64,000 nt of DNA from assembly GCA_963796275.1 (NCBI GenBank), contig CAWCKY010000004.1, positions 896,001-960,000 of the forward strand. Direction: 5' to 3'. Of this stretch, positions 1-12,278 are shown in pieces. Each line of letters starts with the position of its first letter. Position 1 is the first letter of the stretch. The notes under the pieces were generated by a model. It saw nothing but the letters and a program-made list of their open reading frames with translations. It made no database searches and was not told where the DNA came from. Made by a program: the position numbers and the translations under genes. The DNA is from an uncultured Acidobacteriota bacterium (GTDB lineage Bacteria; Acidobacteriota; Blastocatellia; RBC074).

Positions 1-92
1 TCAAAGGTCAAAGCAATTCTCTTTGCGCAAATAGCCTGCATCGCCACATCTACGATCTCATACTCCTGTTTGAGATCGCGGATGGCCGACCC

Positions 93-365
<273 letters not shown>

Positions 366-512
366 AGTTCGTATAGTTTACATCAGAGAGCCCTTCGATC
401 CCACTGTTCCCTTGCAACAGCGGTTCGCAGCGCGAGGAAGTAAGCGTTCCCGGGGGCGGCACGGCTATCGTGAATAAAAAATTTGTCGCACTGCCGATAA
501 ATTCGCAACATT

Positions 513-548
513 CAGAATAGAAAACAAAACCAGAATAGAAAACAAAAC
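513..548. repeat. 18-bp direct tandem duplication
   Basis: CAGAATAGAAAACAAAAC x2 in a divergent intergenic region. Confidence 0.85.
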
Positions 549-810
549 AGACAGAAAAATTTCTCTAGACTCATGGATTATAGCTGAAATGGCTTACAAT
601 CTCTCAAAGATCAGCGTCGATTCACAAAGCTCGGGAAATAACGCGGCGAATGGATCCGACGATCCGGACGGCGATCCGTTAAAACCCATCCATAAGCGTA
701 AATACCTTTAGAATTAACATCGATCCTTCCGCATTTACTCCCGTCTGTGTTAGATTTGCGCGCGCCCTTATAGACTTACCCATCATCGTTTCGGAGTAAA
801 GAAAAAAAAC

Positions 811-2304
811 ATGGCGACCGAAGCATCCAACGTGGATTCAGCATTTATACTCGACTCAGCCAAAGACACGGCCGGTATTGGAGGGCATCCGAAGGGATTG
901 ACCACCCTCTTCTTCACCGAGATGTGGGAGCGCTTCAGTTACTATGGGATGCGCGCGCTCTTGATGCTCTATATGACCACCGCCGTGGTGAGCGGTGGGC
1001 TGGGATTCGACACGCGAACAGCCGCGACCATCTATGGCGCCTACACCGGATCCGTCTGGCTTATGTCGATTCCCGGCGGTTGGATCGCCGACAACGTCCT
1101 GGGAACGCGAAAGGCTGTCTTCGTGGGGGGCGTCATTATCGCTCTCGGGCATTTTTGTATGGCAGTGCCGACGATCTGGACGTTCTATGGCGGTTTGATC
1201 CTGATCGTCTTCGGCACGGGGCTCCTCAAACCAAACGTCAGCGCAATCGTCGGCAGTTTATACAAAGAAAATGATGAGAGGCGCGATGCGGGTTTTTCTA
1301 TTTTCTATATGGGCATAAATCTCGGTGCCTTCCTCGCTCCCATAATCACCTCCTTCCTCAGCGAAAAGATAAACTGGCACCTGGGGTTCGGAGTTGCCGG
1401 GATAGGAATGACCCTGGGACTGATCCAGTATCATCTTGGGCGCGACAGGCTGGCGCACGTTGGAAATCCACCCGTGCAAACAAGCGGCGAGACAAAACGG
1501 AAAGCCTTGGTGGGAGCGGTTCTCATGGCTGTCGTCGGTCTGGCTGTGATCTTTCTGTACTTTGGGCCCGATATCGTCCAGAGTTATCGACCGTGGATTC
1601 TGATAGTTAGTCTCATTATTTTCCTGACCTGGATGTTTACCGGCTATCTTAAACCGGAAGAGAAGAAACCGGTCGCCGTCATAGTCGTTCTCTTCTTCTT
1701 CTCGGTCATGTTCTGGGCTGCCTTCGAACAGACGGGATCGAGCTTCAATCTTTTTGCGCGCGACTTTACCGATCGCGTCGTGGCCGGATGGGAGTTCCCG
1801 GCGGGTTGGTATCAATCGGCCAACGCTATCTTTCTCTTCCTGCTCGCACCCGTCTTCTCGATCATCTGGATAAAACTCGGCGACCGCCAGCCGTCGAGTC
1901 CAGCAAAGTTTGCTATCGGCCTGTTCTTCGTCGGAGCCGGTGCCGGAATCATCGCGCTGGCATCTACCTTGCTCGGCAGCAGCGGAGGCCGCGTCGGCCC
2001 GTGGTGGCTGATCGGCGTCTATTTCCTCCTGACGCTCGGAGAACTCTGTCTGAGCCCGGTCGGATTGAGCACGACAACCAAACTCGCCCCGGCGAGGTTG
2101 GGCGGATTGATGATGGGCGTCTGGTTTCTTTCCATCTCGTTCGGCAATTTCGCCGCGGGCGAAGCCGCGAGCTATTTTGAAGGCGATTCGCAAAATGCCC
2201 TGGTGGGCCTCTTCAGTAAAATCGCGTCTGTCCCGATCATTGCCGGTTTGATTCTGGTTTTTCTGATACCGTTTATCAAAAAATTGATGGGCAAAGTTCG
2301 TTGA
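811..2304 (+). CDS. POT/PTR2 family proton-dependent peptide transporter
   Basis: [10 protein letters not shown] (ExxERFxYY) and [11 protein letters not shown] signatures; many TM helices. Confidence 0.95.
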   Translation: MATEASNVDSAFILDSAKDTAGIGGHPKGLTTLFFTEMWERFSYYGMRALLMLYMTTAVVSGGLGFDTRTAATIYGAYTGSVWLMSIPGGWIADNVLGTRKAVFVGGVIIALGHFCMAVPTIWTFYGGLILIVFGTGLLKPNVSAIVGSLYKENDERRDAGFSIFYMGINLGAFLAPIITSFLSEKINWHLGFGVAGIGMTLGLIQYHLGRDRLAHVGNPPVQTSGETKRKALVGAVLMAVVGLAVIFLYFGPDIVQSYRPWILIVSLIIFLTWMFTGYLKPEEKKPVAVIVVLFFFSVMFWAAFEQTGSSFNLFARDFTDRVVAGWEFPAGWYQSANAIFLFLLAPVFSIIWIKLGDRQPSSPAKFAIGLFFVGAGAGIIALASTLLGSSGGRVGPWWLIGVYFLLTLGELCLSPVGLSTTTKLAPARLGGLMMGVWFLSISFGNFAAGEAASYFEGDSQNALVGLFSKIASVPIIAGLILVFLIPFIKKLMGKVR

Positions 2305-2454
2305 GGGATATTCGCGACAATTGTTCACCTGAAGGACAACATGAACAGTCGTCCGACGGAGATTTGTGCCATTTCTTCCTTTACGATTTTTGTGATGAAT
2401 TTCCAGTTCTGATTTGCTACATTGCCTTTCTGAACATTTTCCGTTCCTCCCTTC

Positions 2455-2545
2455 CATTTGTCATTTGTCATTTACTCGCCTCGAATAGACCCGATCGACA
2501 AATGACAAAATACAAATGGAAAATGAAGAACGAAAAATGACAAAG
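2455..2545. repeat. inverted heptamer array (CATTTGT)n...(ACAAATG)n
   Basis: catttgtcatttgtcattt ... acaaatgacaaaatacaaatggaaaatg. Confidence 0.7.
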
Positions 2546-2555
2546 GTGAGTCTTA

Positions 2556-2918
2556 ATGAAGTCTCGTGATTTGATCTTTATCGTCATTGTCCTCGCCGTC
2601 GTCGGCGGGCTCTATTTCCTTTCCACGAAAAATAAAGCCAAACCGATGTCGGTCACCACTCCCGAACATCTGACGGTGACGGCTCGCGAAGATTGCCTGA
2701 AATGCCATCTGCCGGAAACGCTCGCCGCCTTGGAACAACAGCATAAACACCCTGGTAAATGGCGCGATGAGCGAGTCAGTTGCCTTTTATGCCATCCCGC
2801 CCCTCAGGGAGGAGCCAGAGCCGGCAACTCGATCGGCGCTTATATTGCGTTCATGAATATCCGAACGATACCAAGAATCATCGCAGTACAATCAAACATC
2901 GAATCCATAAGGAAGTAA
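2556..2918 (+). CDS. small membrane-anchored diheme c-type cytochrome
   Basis: N-terminal TM helix; two CxxCH motifs (CLKCH, CLLCH). Confidence 0.8.
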   Translation: MKSRDLIFIVIVLAVVGGLYFLSTKNKAKPMSVTTPEHLTVTAREDCLKCHLPETLAALEQQHKHPGKWRDERVSCLLCHPAPQGGARAGNSIGAYIAFMNIRTIPRIIAVQSNIESIRK

Positions 2919-2922
2919 CTCT

Positions 2923-4446
2923 ATGGCCACAGCCAAGGCTAAAATCAACGCCAAATCCGAAACGTACAAAAATTATATCGGCGGCCGCTGGGTTAAACCC
3001 GCCCGCGGCGTATTGCTGGAGAACCATAACCCATCGAACACCCGAGACCTCGTCGGGCTCTTCCCCGCATCGACCTCTGAAGATGTCGATGCTGCGGTCA
3101 ATGCGGCGATCGATGCATCACGGAAATGGAGAGCGACGCCCGCGCCCAAGCGCGCCGAGATCCTGTATCGACTCGGGCAAATCCTGATCGACCGTAAGGA
3201 GCATTATGCGACCGATATGACGCGCGAGATGGGTAAGGTCTTGAAGGAGAGCCGCGGCGACGTGCAGGAAGCGATCGATATGACATTTTACGCCGCGGGC
3301 GAGGGACGGCGTCTAAACGGGTTTACGGCGCCTTCGGAATTGCCGGAGAAGATGGCGATGTGCGTGCGCCAACCCGTCGGAGTCTGCTCGCTGATCACGC
3401 CATGGAATTTCCCGATGGCGATCCCATCATGGAAGATGATGCCCGCGCTCGTCTGCGGCAATACGCTGGTCATCAAGCCGGCCGAAGACACGCCCCTCTC
3501 GACGATCAACCTGGTCAAAGCCGCGGAAGAGGCCGGTGTGCCCGCGGGTGTGATCAACATAGTCATCGGCACAGGCGAAGATGCGGGAGCGCCGCTCGCC
3601 AGCCACCCCGGCGTTCGGCTGGTATCGTTCACCGGGTCGACCGAAGTGGGAGGAATCGTCGCCGAGTCTGCGGCTCGTACGGGTAAGATTTGTTCGCTCG
3701 AGATGGGCGGAAAGAACGTAATTATCATAATGGATGACGCCGATCTCGACCTCGCCGCTGAAGGCACGACGTGGGGAGCATTCGGCACGTCGGGCCAGCG
3801 CTGCACCGCGTCATCGCGCGTCGTCGTGCACAAGAAGGTTTATAAGAAGTTCGTCGAAAAGCTGGCCGCCCGCGCCAAATCGCTGCGCATCGGCGATGGT
3901 CTGGATAAAAAAGTCGATATGGGGCCGGTCATCAATGAAGACGCGGTTAGTAAGATACTTTATTACATCGGAGTCGGTAAGAAAGAGGACCGCGCGACGC
4001 TCCGCCTGGGCGGAAACCGCCTCGATCGCGGCGAATTCAAAGCCGGATATTTCATCGAACCCACGATATTCACCGATGTCGCGCCGCAGATGAGAATCGC
4101 GCAGGAGGAGATATTCGGCCCGGTAGTGAGCATCATTCCGTGTCGCAACCTGGACGAAGCGATCGAGATAGGCAATGGCGTGAAGTATGGCCTCTCGTCT
4201 TCGATTTATACGCAGGATGTCAATCGGGCGTTCACTGCGATGGAAGCGATGAACACCGGCATCTTCTACGTGAATTCCTCGACGATAGGTGCCGAAGTCC
4301 ATATGCCTTTCGGCGGAACCAAAGCGACCGGCAACGGCCACCGCGAGGGATCGATGGCTTCATCGCTCGATATCTTCTCGGAATGGAAAGCTGTTTACGT
4401 CGATTACAGCGGTAAGCTGCAAAAGGCGCAAATTGATAATCAGTGA
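2923..4446 (+). CDS. aldehyde dehydrogenase
   Basis: [31 protein letters not shown] motifs. Confidence 0.95.
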   Translation: MATAKAKINAKSETYKNYIGGRWVKPARGVLLENHNPSNTRDLVGLFPASTSEDVDAAVNAAIDASRKWRATPAPKRAEILYRLGQILIDRKEHYATDMTREMGKVLKESRGDVQEAIDMTFYAAGEGRRLNGFTAPSELPEKMAMCVRQPVGVCSLITPWNFPMAIPSWKMMPALVCGNTLVIKPAEDTPLSTINLVKAAEEAGVPAGVINIVIGTGEDAGAPLASHPGVRLVSFTGSTEVGGIVAESAARTGKICSLEMGGKNVIIIMDDADLDLAAEGTTWGAFGTSGQRCTASSRVVVHKKVYKKFVEKLAARAKSLRIGDGLDKKVDMGPVINEDAVSKILYYIGVGKKEDRATLRLGGNRLDRGEFKAGYFIEPTIFTDVAPQMRIAQEEIFGPVVSIIPCRNLDEAIEIGNGVKYGLSSSIYTQDVNRAFTAMEAMNTGIFYVNSSTIGAEVHMPFGGTKATGNGHREGSMASSLDIFSEWKAVYVDYSGKLQKAQIDNQ

Positions 4447-4763
4447 GTTATTGATTATGGGTAATGGATAATTGAGAATCGGAAGCTGACATTTCAGGCA
4501 ATTCTTACTACCCGCCATCATTTTCATTATCAATTATCGATGGGCTCAGTAAGTAATAGATAGTTGGTAATTGGCAATGAACGAGGTAAGTTCTTACTAT
4601 CCTCCATCGATTTTTCATTATCCATGATGAATTATCACTTGAGTGCAGTAGGTAAGTGCAGTATGTAATTGATAATAGACAATTGGTAATTGGCTGTGAG
4701 CAACACCAGCAAACTCTTTACTACCTCCCATCGGTTTTCATTATCGATTATCAATTATGAATT
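4447..4763. repeat. three-unit degenerate hairpin array of AATTATC-type heptamers
   Basis: core TCTT(T)ACTAYC..CCATC..TTTTCATTATC recurs at ~4502, ~4591 and ~4715, each preceded by GATAATT/GGTAATT arms. Confidence 0.75.
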
Positions 4764-4823
4764 ATGTCCTGTGTAAGGAAGAAAGAAGCTCCATTAAGGA
4801 GTGAATTCGGAGGTACAAACAAA

Positions 4824-5936
4824 ATGATCATCGGTCTACCAAAAGAGATAAAAGATAATGAATATAGGGTTGGCCTGACCCCGGCGGGGGTTAAAACATT
4901 GTGCGACTATGGGCACACCATTCTAATTGAGACACATGCAGGAGAAGGCAGCGGTATCAACGACGACGAGTATCGCACGGCGCACGGAGAGATAGTTAAT
5001 TCATGCGACGAGATCTGGGAGCGAGCCGATATGATAGTAAAGGTCAAAGAGCCGGTCGGTCCGGAATACCGGCGCATGCGTGAAGGGCAGCTGCTCTTCA
5101 CCTACCTTCATCTGGCGCCCGACTCGAAACTGACGAAGGTCCTGCTCGAGCGCAAAGTCACGGGCATCGCCTATGAGACTATCACTAACGATGAAGGACA
5201 CCTGCCGTTACTGACACCGATGTCAGAGGTTGCCGGGCGGATGGCGATCCAGGTCGGCGCGCATTATTTACAAAAGACAGAGGGGGGGCGAGGCGTGCTG
5301 GTCGGCGGTGTGCCCGGGGTGCTTCCGGCGAAGGTGTGCATCATCGGCGGCGGCGTGGTCGGAATCAATTCGATCAAGATGGCGGTCGGTCTGGGGGCGA
5401 ATGTCGTCGTTCTCGACGTCAACCTCGAGCGCTTGCGTTATCTCGACGATATCTTCGGTTCCCGGATCAAGACGCTGGTCTCGAACCCGTACACGGTACA
5501 AGAGGAATGTGCGAACGCCGATCTGGTAGTCGGCGCGGTGCTCATTCCCGGAGCTTCTGCGCCAAAACTGCTCACCCAGAGGATGCTCAAAACGATGCAG
5601 AAAGGGGCCGTGATCGTCGACGTGGCTGTCGATCAGGGCGGCTGCATCGAGACGACGAAACCGACGACGCACAGTAATCCGACGTTCTACGTCGACGATG
5701 TGCTGCATTACTGCGTGGCCAATATGCCCGGGGCGGTGCCGCGCACTTCGACCTTTGCGCTGACAAATGCTACGCTACCCTTTGCGTTGAAATTGGCGAA
5801 TAAAGGATTTAAAGACGCGATCAAGAGAGATGCGAATTTGAAAAACGGCGTGAATACTTACAAGGGGCAGATCACCTATGAGGCTGTGGCGGAATCACAG
5901 AGTTTATCGTACAGGCCGGTTGATGAGCTGATCTGA
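4824..5936 (+). CDS. ald: alanine dehydrogenase
   Basis: [48 protein letters not shown]; start moved to ATG 4824 after GGAGG. Confidence 0.97.
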   Translation: MIIGLPKEIKDNEYRVGLTPAGVKTLCDYGHTILIETHAGEGSGINDDEYRTAHGEIVNSCDEIWERADMIVKVKEPVGPEYRRMREGQLLFTYLHLAPDSKLTKVLLERKVTGIAYETITNDEGHLPLLTPMSEVAGRMAIQVGAHYLQKTEGGRGVLVGGVPGVLPAKVCIIGGGVVGINSIKMAVGLGANVVVLDVNLERLRYLDDIFGSRIKTLVSNPYTVQEECANADLVVGAVLIPGASAPKLLTQRMLKTMQKGAVIVDVAVDQGGCIETTKPTTHSNPTFYVDDVLHYCVANMPGAVPRTSTFALTNATLPFALKLANKGFKDAIKRDANLKNGVNTYKGQITYEAVAESQSLSYRPVDELI

Positions 5937-6052
5937 GATACTTTAATATTTCTGGGCGAAGCGTCCCAGTGGCCCTGAGACGCTTCGCGCTCTCCATTAT
6001 TCCGTTCATCAGGGTTATCGATGCGATAACTGGAAAAATCGAAATCTGAGTA

Positions 6053-7459
6053 ATGGCCAAAGGCATCAAAATAATCGACATTGATCCGAATTCTCTCGCG
6101 TCCGAGCTGGAGCTTTCGGCCGGCGACCGCATCTGGACGATCAACGGCAAGCGAGTGCGCGATGCGCTCGATTTCAAATTTCTCACGGCGGGGGAGGATG
6201 AACTGACGCTCGAAGTCATCAAGGCCGATGGCGAAGAGTGGCAGGTCGAGGTGGAAAAGGACGAGAGCGAATCGTGGGGGATCGATTTTGAACCGATGAC
6301 GCCGCGCCAGTGCGGAAACGACTGCATATTCTGTTTCATCCAGCAGAACCCCGAGGGGTCGCGCCGGTCGCTCTGGGTGCGCGACGAAGATATCCGCTTC
6401 TCTTTTATGTACGGCAACTATTCGACTTTGACGACGATCAGCAAAGCCGAAGTGGAGCGCGTGATCGAGCAGCGTCTCTCACCGCAGTACGTCTCCGTCC
6501 ACGCGACCGATCCGGACCTGCGCGCTTATCTGCTCGGCATCGACAAGAAGATTGATGTTATCGCGCAGATGAAGCGTTTCATCGATCATGGCATCGATAT
6601 CCACGCTCAGGTGGTGCTCTGTCCGACGATCAATGACGGCAGTCATCTCAAGCGGACGATCTACGATCTCGCGGCGCTTCATCCCGGCATCGTCTCGACC
6701 GCGATCGTCCCGCTGGGGATCACCGGCCAACATAAATATCGCGATCGATTGGTGGCCGTCACCGATCAGTTCTGCGAGCAGGTGATCGATCAGGTGACCC
6801 CGATCCAGGAAGAACTGAGGAAAAAACTACGCACGGTCTTTGCTTTTCTCGGAGATGAGTTTTACATTCGTGCCGGACGACCGATTCCGCCAAAACCGCA
6901 TTACCGCATCGTGCGCGGCCCCGTCGCGGGAGACGACCAATACCCGCAGATCGAAGACGGTGTCGGGATGGTGCGGCAATTCTTCGACGCGCATGCGAAG
7001 CGAATGAAGCAACTGGAACGCATGCGCGAGCGCGGCGAGTTCACCGAGAAACATGCGCACAAGGTATATGGTACACTGGCTACGGGATCGATCTTCTATC
7101 CTATGCTCGTGCGCGCGGTCGAGGAGATCAATCGACATTTCGGCACCCGGCTGGAGGTCGCCCTTGTCGAAAATCAGTTCTTCGGCGAAGGCATCACGGT
7201 CGCCGGTCTGCTCTCGGGGATCGATTATTTGAGCGCGCGCGCGAAATTTCGCGGCGAATTTTTGATGATCCCACCGCACAGTTATCGCGAATACGATTCT
7301 AGATTTCTCGATGGGATGACGGTCAGCGAATTGACGGCCGAACTCGTCCTCCCCATCAAAAGGACATGGAATGAGGTGCTGGGCTTGAACGAAGAGCAGC
7401 ACGCCCACCGAACCGTTCTATCGCATGATTACGGTTCGGTAACATCGGTCTCTGTTTAG
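6053..7459 (+). CDS. PDZ + radical-SAM-like DUF512 protein (TIGR03279-type)
   Basis: N-terminal PDZ-like region, CGNDCIFC (CxxxCxxC), [16 protein letters not shown]. Confidence 0.9.
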   Translation: MAKGIKIIDIDPNSLASELELSAGDRIWTINGKRVRDALDFKFLTAGEDELTLEVIKADGEEWQVEVEKDESESWGIDFEPMTPRQCGNDCIFCFIQQNPEGSRRSLWVRDEDIRFSFMYGNYSTLTTISKAEVERVIEQRLSPQYVSVHATDPDLRAYLLGIDKKIDVIAQMKRFIDHGIDIHAQVVLCPTINDGSHLKRTIYDLAALHPGIVSTAIVPLGITGQHKYRDRLVAVTDQFCEQVIDQVTPIQEELRKKLRTVFAFLGDEFYIRAGRPIPPKPHYRIVRGPVAGDDQYPQIEDGVGMVRQFFDAHAKRMKQLERMRERGEFTEKHAHKVYGTLATGSIFYPMLVRAVEEINRHFGTRLEVALVENQFFGEGITVAGLLSGIDYLSARAKFRGEFLMIPPHSYREYDSRFLDGMTVSELTAELVLPIKRTWNEVLGLNEEQHAHRTVLSHDYGSVTSVSV

Positions 7460-7547
7460 TTTTCAGTTTTTAGTTGATAGAGTTCTCATACTCGAAACTA
7501 ATACTGAACCATAACTAAACTGAAAACTAAAAACTAAAAACTGAAAA
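7459..7547. repeat. inverted heptamer array (GTTTTCA)n...(TGAAAAC)n
   Basis: gttttcagtttttagtt ... aactgaaaactaaaaactaaaaactgaaaa, starting at the stop codon. Confidence 0.85.
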
Positions 7548-7559
7548 TGCCCTACTGAG

Positions 7560-9620
7560 ATGCAATTCGAGGAAGGTTTGCAATCGAAGAAATTGATTGA
7601 GATGTATGAGGCCCGGGAGGCGATCTTGAACCGCGTCCATCCCGATGCCGTCAGTGTGATCGATATCGACAAGTTGTTGCAGGCGGCTGTGACCGAGATG
7701 GGACAGCGGCTGGCCGTCGATCGCTGCAATGTAATCACGCCCTCGCCCGATGGCGGTTTCCGCGTAAGTCACGAATACCGGGGCGATCTCAATCTCAAAC
7801 CCGGACTTGGGCTCAACATTCCGACGACGCTGGTTCCCCTCGATACGATCAGAAAATATATTCCAAGGGCGCGCCCATATTCGATCGACGATATTCATTC
7901 GGCGAATATCCCGATCTGGGTGCGCAAGACGCTGCAACTGATCGGGACGCGCTCCGTGCTTGTCGCGCCCTTCGTTTTCCGCGAAGAATTGCTCGGTGTG
8001 ATGGGCCTGCATTACTGCCACCAACCGCATCACTGGTCCGAGACCGAGGTCAAACTGGTCGAGTGGCTGGCGACGCAGGTATCAGTCGGCCTGCAATATA
8101 CCCGCCTCTACCACGAAAAAGAGAAAGAGGTTGAAATCACCAAATTGATGCTCGAGATTTCGAACGACATCAACACGCGGACCGATTTCAACGAGATCAC
8201 AGACTTCGTCATCGACCGGGCGCTCGGGCTGCTCAAGGCCGATTACGGCTGCATCGCGATTCTCGACCCGAACAACGAATATCTGCACTTCGACGAGCTG
8301 CGCGCCCGTCGCGGGTTCGACCTGCGCCGGTCAATCGAGGCGAAATTCCGCGAACCCCGCGCTCTGCGCCTGCCCGACCATCCGGCGGTCAGCGAATTGC
8401 TCGACGAAGGTCACACGCTAAAACTCGAGGACCCGCGCCAGTCTCCGATCTCCCGTTATCTCTTCACGCACGTCATCAATGGGAAATCGGCTCTGATCGC
8501 ACCGATCACGAGCAAAGATAAAGTGCTGGGCATCATCGCGCTCGTCTGGTTCAACGATACATCGCGCTTCACCGATTACGATGTGCAGATCCTCAATGGC
8601 ATCTCGAGCCAGATAGCCATCGCGCTTGAAAAAGACCGCCTGGCGGCTGAAGTCATTCGCCTCAAACGCGAGCTGGACGACTTCCGGTCGGGCGAACGGA
8701 TCATCGGCTCTTCCGCAAAAATCCGGCGCGCGATCGAGATGGCTCTCTCCGTGGCCGACAGCAACACGACGGTGCTGGTGCAGGGCGAGTCGGGCACCGG
8801 GAAGGAATTGATCGCGAGCCTCATTCAATTCAATTCGCGCCGCGCCGCGCGCTCGTATCCCAAGATCAATTGCGGCGCAATCCCACAGACGCTGCTCGAA
8901 ACCGAGTTGTTCGGTCACGAGCGCGGGGCATTCACCGACGCCCGCTCGCGCCGCATCGGGCGTTTCGAAGAGGCGAATGGCGGCACGCTCTTTCTCGACG
9001 AAATCGGAGAGATGAGCCTGGCCGCTCAGGTCAGCCTGCTTCGCGTTCTGCAAGACGGCGAGTTCACCCGCGTCGGCGGCAACGATGTGATCAAGACCGA
9101 CGTTCGCATCATAGCCGCGACCAACAAAGACCTGGAGAAAGAGATCGAGGCGGGCCGTTTCCGGCGCGACCTTTACTATCGTCTCAACGTCTATCCCATC
9201 ACGCTCCCCCCTCTGCGCGAGCGGCCGGAAGATATCGAGCAACTGGTCGCCTATTTTACGGAACGTTACCAGCAAAAAAGCGGAAAACGAATCCAGGGCA
9301 TCTCGGACCGGGTGCTCCATATCTTGAAGAGCTACCCCTGGCCCGGCAATGTGCGCGAGCTTGAAAATTGCATCGAACGGGCGGTCATTGTCGCCGCCGG
9401 CCGCGCGATCACCGAAAAAGACCTTCCGGAAGCCATCCGATCCTTGCCCGACCAGATTACACATGTCGAATTAACAGTCCCTATGAAAATGGAGGACGTC
9501 GAGCGGATAATGATCGATAAAACCTTGCTTTACACTAACGGCGATAAGGCTAAAGCCGCGCGCCTGTTAGAAATAGGGCGGAAGACTCTATATCGTAAAC
9601 TGGAGCAGTACAGGAAGTAG
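7560..9620 (+). CDS. GAF-GAF sigma-54-dependent transcriptional activator (NtrC/Fis family)
   Basis: GESGTGKE, GAFTDA, LFLDEIGE, RRDLYYRL, WPGNVRELEN, C-terminal HTH. Confidence 0.95.
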   Translation: MQFEEGLQSKKLIEMYEAREAILNRVHPDAVSVIDIDKLLQAAVTEMGQRLAVDRCNVITPSPDGGFRVSHEYRGDLNLKPGLGLNIPTTLVPLDTIRKYIPRARPYSIDDIHSANIPIWVRKTLQLIGTRSVLVAPFVFREELLGVMGLHYCHQPHHWSETEVKLVEWLATQVSVGLQYTRLYHEKEKEVEITKLMLEISNDINTRTDFNEITDFVIDRALGLLKADYGCIAILDPNNEYLHFDELRARRGFDLRRSIEAKFREPRALRLPDHPAVSELLDEGHTLKLEDPRQSPISRYLFTHVINGKSALIAPITSKDKVLGIIALVWFNDTSRFTDYDVQILNGISSQIAIALEKDRLAAEVIRLKRELDDFRSGERIIGSSAKIRRAIEMALSVADSNTTVLVQGESGTGKELIASLIQFNSRRAARSYPKINCGAIPQTLLETELFGHERGAFTDARSRRIGRFEEANGGTLFLDEIGEMSLAAQVSLLRVLQDGEFTRVGGNDVIKTDVRIIAATNKDLEKEIEAGRFRRDLYYRLNVYPITLPPLRERPEDIEQLVAYFTERYQQKSGKRIQGISDRVLHILKSYPWPGNVRELENCIERAVIVAAGRAITEKDLPEAIRSLPDQITHVELTVPMKMEDVERIMIDKTLLYTNGDKAKAARLLEIGRKTLYRKLEQYRK

Positions 9621-9931
9621 TGGACATAAGCCGCCAAATTGAGTAGAGTTTTATACGGTTCTCAATCTGGCGAGCTTTGCCTCCCTTCTCCTGACACTTT
9701 GAGACTGAATTTAATGTTGCCCTTATAAGCAACCAGCATCCCCCTTTAATCGTAAATACATAAAACGCCGTTTGCTGGAGGTGCGGCGTGCAGTTTTATA
9801 AAAGAGACAGAGAATGACAAAGCGCAAAGACGCAAGAATGGCTAACTGGGCCGTTCTAATTTGTGATCGAGGGTGAATCTTGATTTTGACTGGAACGAAG
9901 ATTAGTATTTCCAGCAAGAGGTGAGCTGCTA

Positions 9932-11947
9932 ATGAAAATTTGTCCGAAATGTCAGCAACAATATCCTAATGGTTTTCAGTATTGCCCTAACGATACTGAA
10001 TTCCTGGTTACGAACGAGGAGTATATTCGCCGAACCAAGCCCGCCCCTCCGAGACCGTCCAAGGAACCGCCGGTTGAGGATCGCGCCGAGTTTGTTCCGA
10101 TCAGAACACAAACTCCGGAAGACCAGGTCACAAGACAACGGATTCCCCCCACGCCGCCTCCACCAGAGAGACAGGCGGAAAGGCCGCGGGCGCCCATGGC
10201 TCCTCCGCCCAGACCGCCAGCACCAATCAGGCCTGAGCAAAGAGAGAAGCCACCGGCGCCGCCGTTTCGGCAACCAGAGCCTGTGCAACCGCGCAGAGAA
10301 CCGCCTCCTCCTCCCAGACCGCAACAATTGAACCAGCCTCCAGCAGTTCCACCGAGAACGAGCGGCGGAGGTGCGGGTATGGGAAATCCGCAGTTTCCGC
10401 AGGCGCCCAGGTCACAACAACCGCCTCCCCCTGCGCAACAGCAGAGAGGGTTCCCACCGCCGCCTCAGGAGCAGAGAGGATTTCAACCGCCTCAGGGCCA
10501 ACCGCAAACGCCCAGACCGCCTCAATCATATCAGGCATCGCCGGCGTCCAGAGGGGGTTCCGGCAGGGAGATGGTACAGGCGCCAACCTTGAACTTTGCT
10601 ATTCCGGAAGGGGGCAGCTTATTCTCGCGGCTTATCGGCGGATTTAAGAACATCGGATATATATTCCAGGGCGGCCCGCGTGTTCGCGCGGCAGGGGCAG
10701 GAGAATTCCAATTCCTGTTACCGGAAGAATCGCTCATCAAACGAATCACGAGAGAATTCGGCAACGCTTTAGCGGAATTCAAACGCGACCCGCGACAGTT
10801 CTTCGTTGACTTTATCAAAGGTGAAGGCACCAATCGTTACCGCCGCAATGCGCTGCTGGCCGGGTCCGAGATGGCAGCGGTCGGCTATTTCACGGTCTAC
10901 TTCGCCGTGACTTCTCTCGGAAAGATCGGGCAAGTGGCCGATCCGAAAATGAAATGGTATTTCGCCGGCTTTGCAGCCTATCTTCTGACGTGTTTCGCCA
11001 CGCGTGGCTTTTTGCTTTTCAAACTTATCAATCGCGCCACGAAGGGATTTGCGATCCCGAAGGTGGTCCTCGAAGTATTCAACTGGGGCCCCTTAGTCGC
11101 GATCGTGCTAATGGCATACCTGCTCGGAAATTATAACTTTTATTGCATGATATTCCCGGACCGCTGTACCCAGCCCGAACTGCCCAAGGAGGAGCTGGCT
11201 CTGCTAACCCCGCTGATCGAGACGAAGATAGACGTCAAGGTCCCGGAAAAACCCAAAGCCGAAAAGAAGGAACTCGGCGGAAGCAAACCGAAACCGAAAC
11301 CTGCAACTGGCGGTGGCGGTGGCGGACGTAAGGAGCCTACGCCTCCGAGCAAGGGCGTACCTCCACAGATGGCCCTGACGCCTACAATCATTCCGCCAAG
11401 TCCTGAGCCGCCCAAGATCAAGAATCCTCAATTGGTGGTAGCTTCGACAATCTATGGAGACCCCAAGACCATACCCACAATGAAAGGGCCAATCGGCGAT
11501 CCGACTGGCATCCCAGCACCGCCATCATCCGGTCCAGGTACAGGGGGTGGTATCGGTAGGGGCGCCGGGCAAGGTGTCGGTGTCGGTTCAGGCGGAGGTC
11601 TTGGACCCGGTCGCGGAGGTAACGCGGGAGGCGGTGATATGGGGCTCGGCGGCGGCGGCGGCGTTCAACCGATGTCCGCCAATCTCCGGCCAACCATACT
11701 ATACAAAGAGAAGGCCAAATATACGGAAGAGGCCAGACAGAACAAGATTCAGGGAACGGTTGTACTGAACGTCATCTTCACAGCTGACGGTCGCATCACG
11801 AGCATTCGCGTGGTGCGCGGCCTGCCTGATGGGTTGACTGAGAAAGCGATCGAAGCGGCGCAAAAGATCCGTTTCAATCCGGCAGTCAAGAACGGAGCGC
11901 CGGTCAGTGTCCGCGGCAATCTGGAGTTCAGTTTCAATCTGTACTAA
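9932..11947 (+). CDS. TonB family energy transducer with N-terminal zinc ribbon
   Basis: CPKC..CPND, Pro-rich region, TM segments, Gly-rich linker, TonB_C (YTEEARQNKIQGTV). Confidence 0.88.
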   Translation: MKICPKCQQQYPNGFQYCPNDTEFLVTNEEYIRRTKPAPPRPSKEPPVEDRAEFVPIRTQTPEDQVTRQRIPPTPPPPERQAERPRAPMAPPPRPPAPIRPEQREKPPAPPFRQPEPVQPRREPPPPPRPQQLNQPPAVPPRTSGGGAGMGNPQFPQAPRSQQPPPPAQQQRGFPPPPQEQRGFQPPQGQPQTPRPPQSYQASPASRGGSGREMVQAPTLNFAIPEGGSLFSRLIGGFKNIGYIFQGGPRVRAAGAGEFQFLLPEESLIKRITREFGNALAEFKRDPRQFFVDFIKGEGTNRYRRNALLAGSEMAAVGYFTVYFAVTSLGKIGQVADPKMKWYFAGFAAYLLTCFATRGFLLFKLINRATKGFAIPKVVLEVFNWGPLVAIVLMAYLLGNYNFYCMIFPDRCTQPELPKEELALLTPLIETKIDVKVPEKPKAEKKELGGSKPKPKPATGGGGGGRKEPTPPSKGVPPQMALTPTIIPPSPEPPKIKNPQLVVASTIYGDPKTIPTMKGPIGDPTGIPAPPSSGPGTGGGIGRGAGQGVGVGSGGGLGPGRGGNAGGGDMGLGGGGGVQPMSANLRPTILYKEKAKYTEEARQNKIQGTVVLNVIFTADGRITSIRVVRGLPDGLTEKAIEAAQKIRFNPAVKNGAPVSVRGNLEFSFNLY

Positions 11948-11970
11948 AAATCAATTCGGTCCTTAAACGG

Positions 11971-12016
11971 AAAAAGTAAGACAGGAAAAGCAATTATTTC
12001 CTGTCTTACTTTTTTT
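11971..12016 (+). terminator. intrinsic terminator (possibly bidirectional)
   Basis: AAAAAGTAAGACAGGAAA / TTTCCTGTCTTACTTTTT perfect stem with T tract. Confidence 0.9.
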
Positions 12017-12055
12017 GTCTGAGGGGTATACGTTGATTTAAGACTTCATCACTGG

Positions 12056-12084
12056 TTGACGATCAATGACCTGATGAGTATTAT
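12056..12084 (+). promoter_or_regulatory. sigma-70 promoter of the tRNA
   Basis: TTGACG-N17-TATTAT. Confidence 0.7.
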
Positions 12085-12124
12085 TGCGTTTCGTTTTTTT
12101 GCCTGTTAGTTTCATCGAGTGAAT

Positions 12125-12196
12125 GGGGCGGTAACTCAATGGTAGAGTATCAGCCTTTTAAGCTGAGAGTTGCGGGTTCGAGCCCCGCCCGCCTCA
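12125..12196 (+). tRNA. tRNA-Lys (TTT), CCA not encoded
   Basis: acceptor GGGGCGG/CCGCCTC, anticodon arm TCAGC-CTTTTAA-GCTGA, T-arm GCGGG-TTCGAGC-CCCGC. Confidence 0.95.
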
Positions 12197-12278
12197 TACA
12201 ATCCCCCCCTGCCAAAGCGCAGATCAAATAAGCATATCCAAGAAGATGTTGTGAAAGCTTCGAATCAACCCTCTCCTT

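Noticed and set aside
1258-2457. long antisense ORFs (also 8418-9464, 30967-32034, 46178-47263)
   Set aside because: Shadow frames of well-supported genes in GC-rich coding DNA
8925-8945. GAFTDA instead of GAFTGA as a sign of an inactive activator
   Set aside because: A common variant; all other AAA+ motifs are intact
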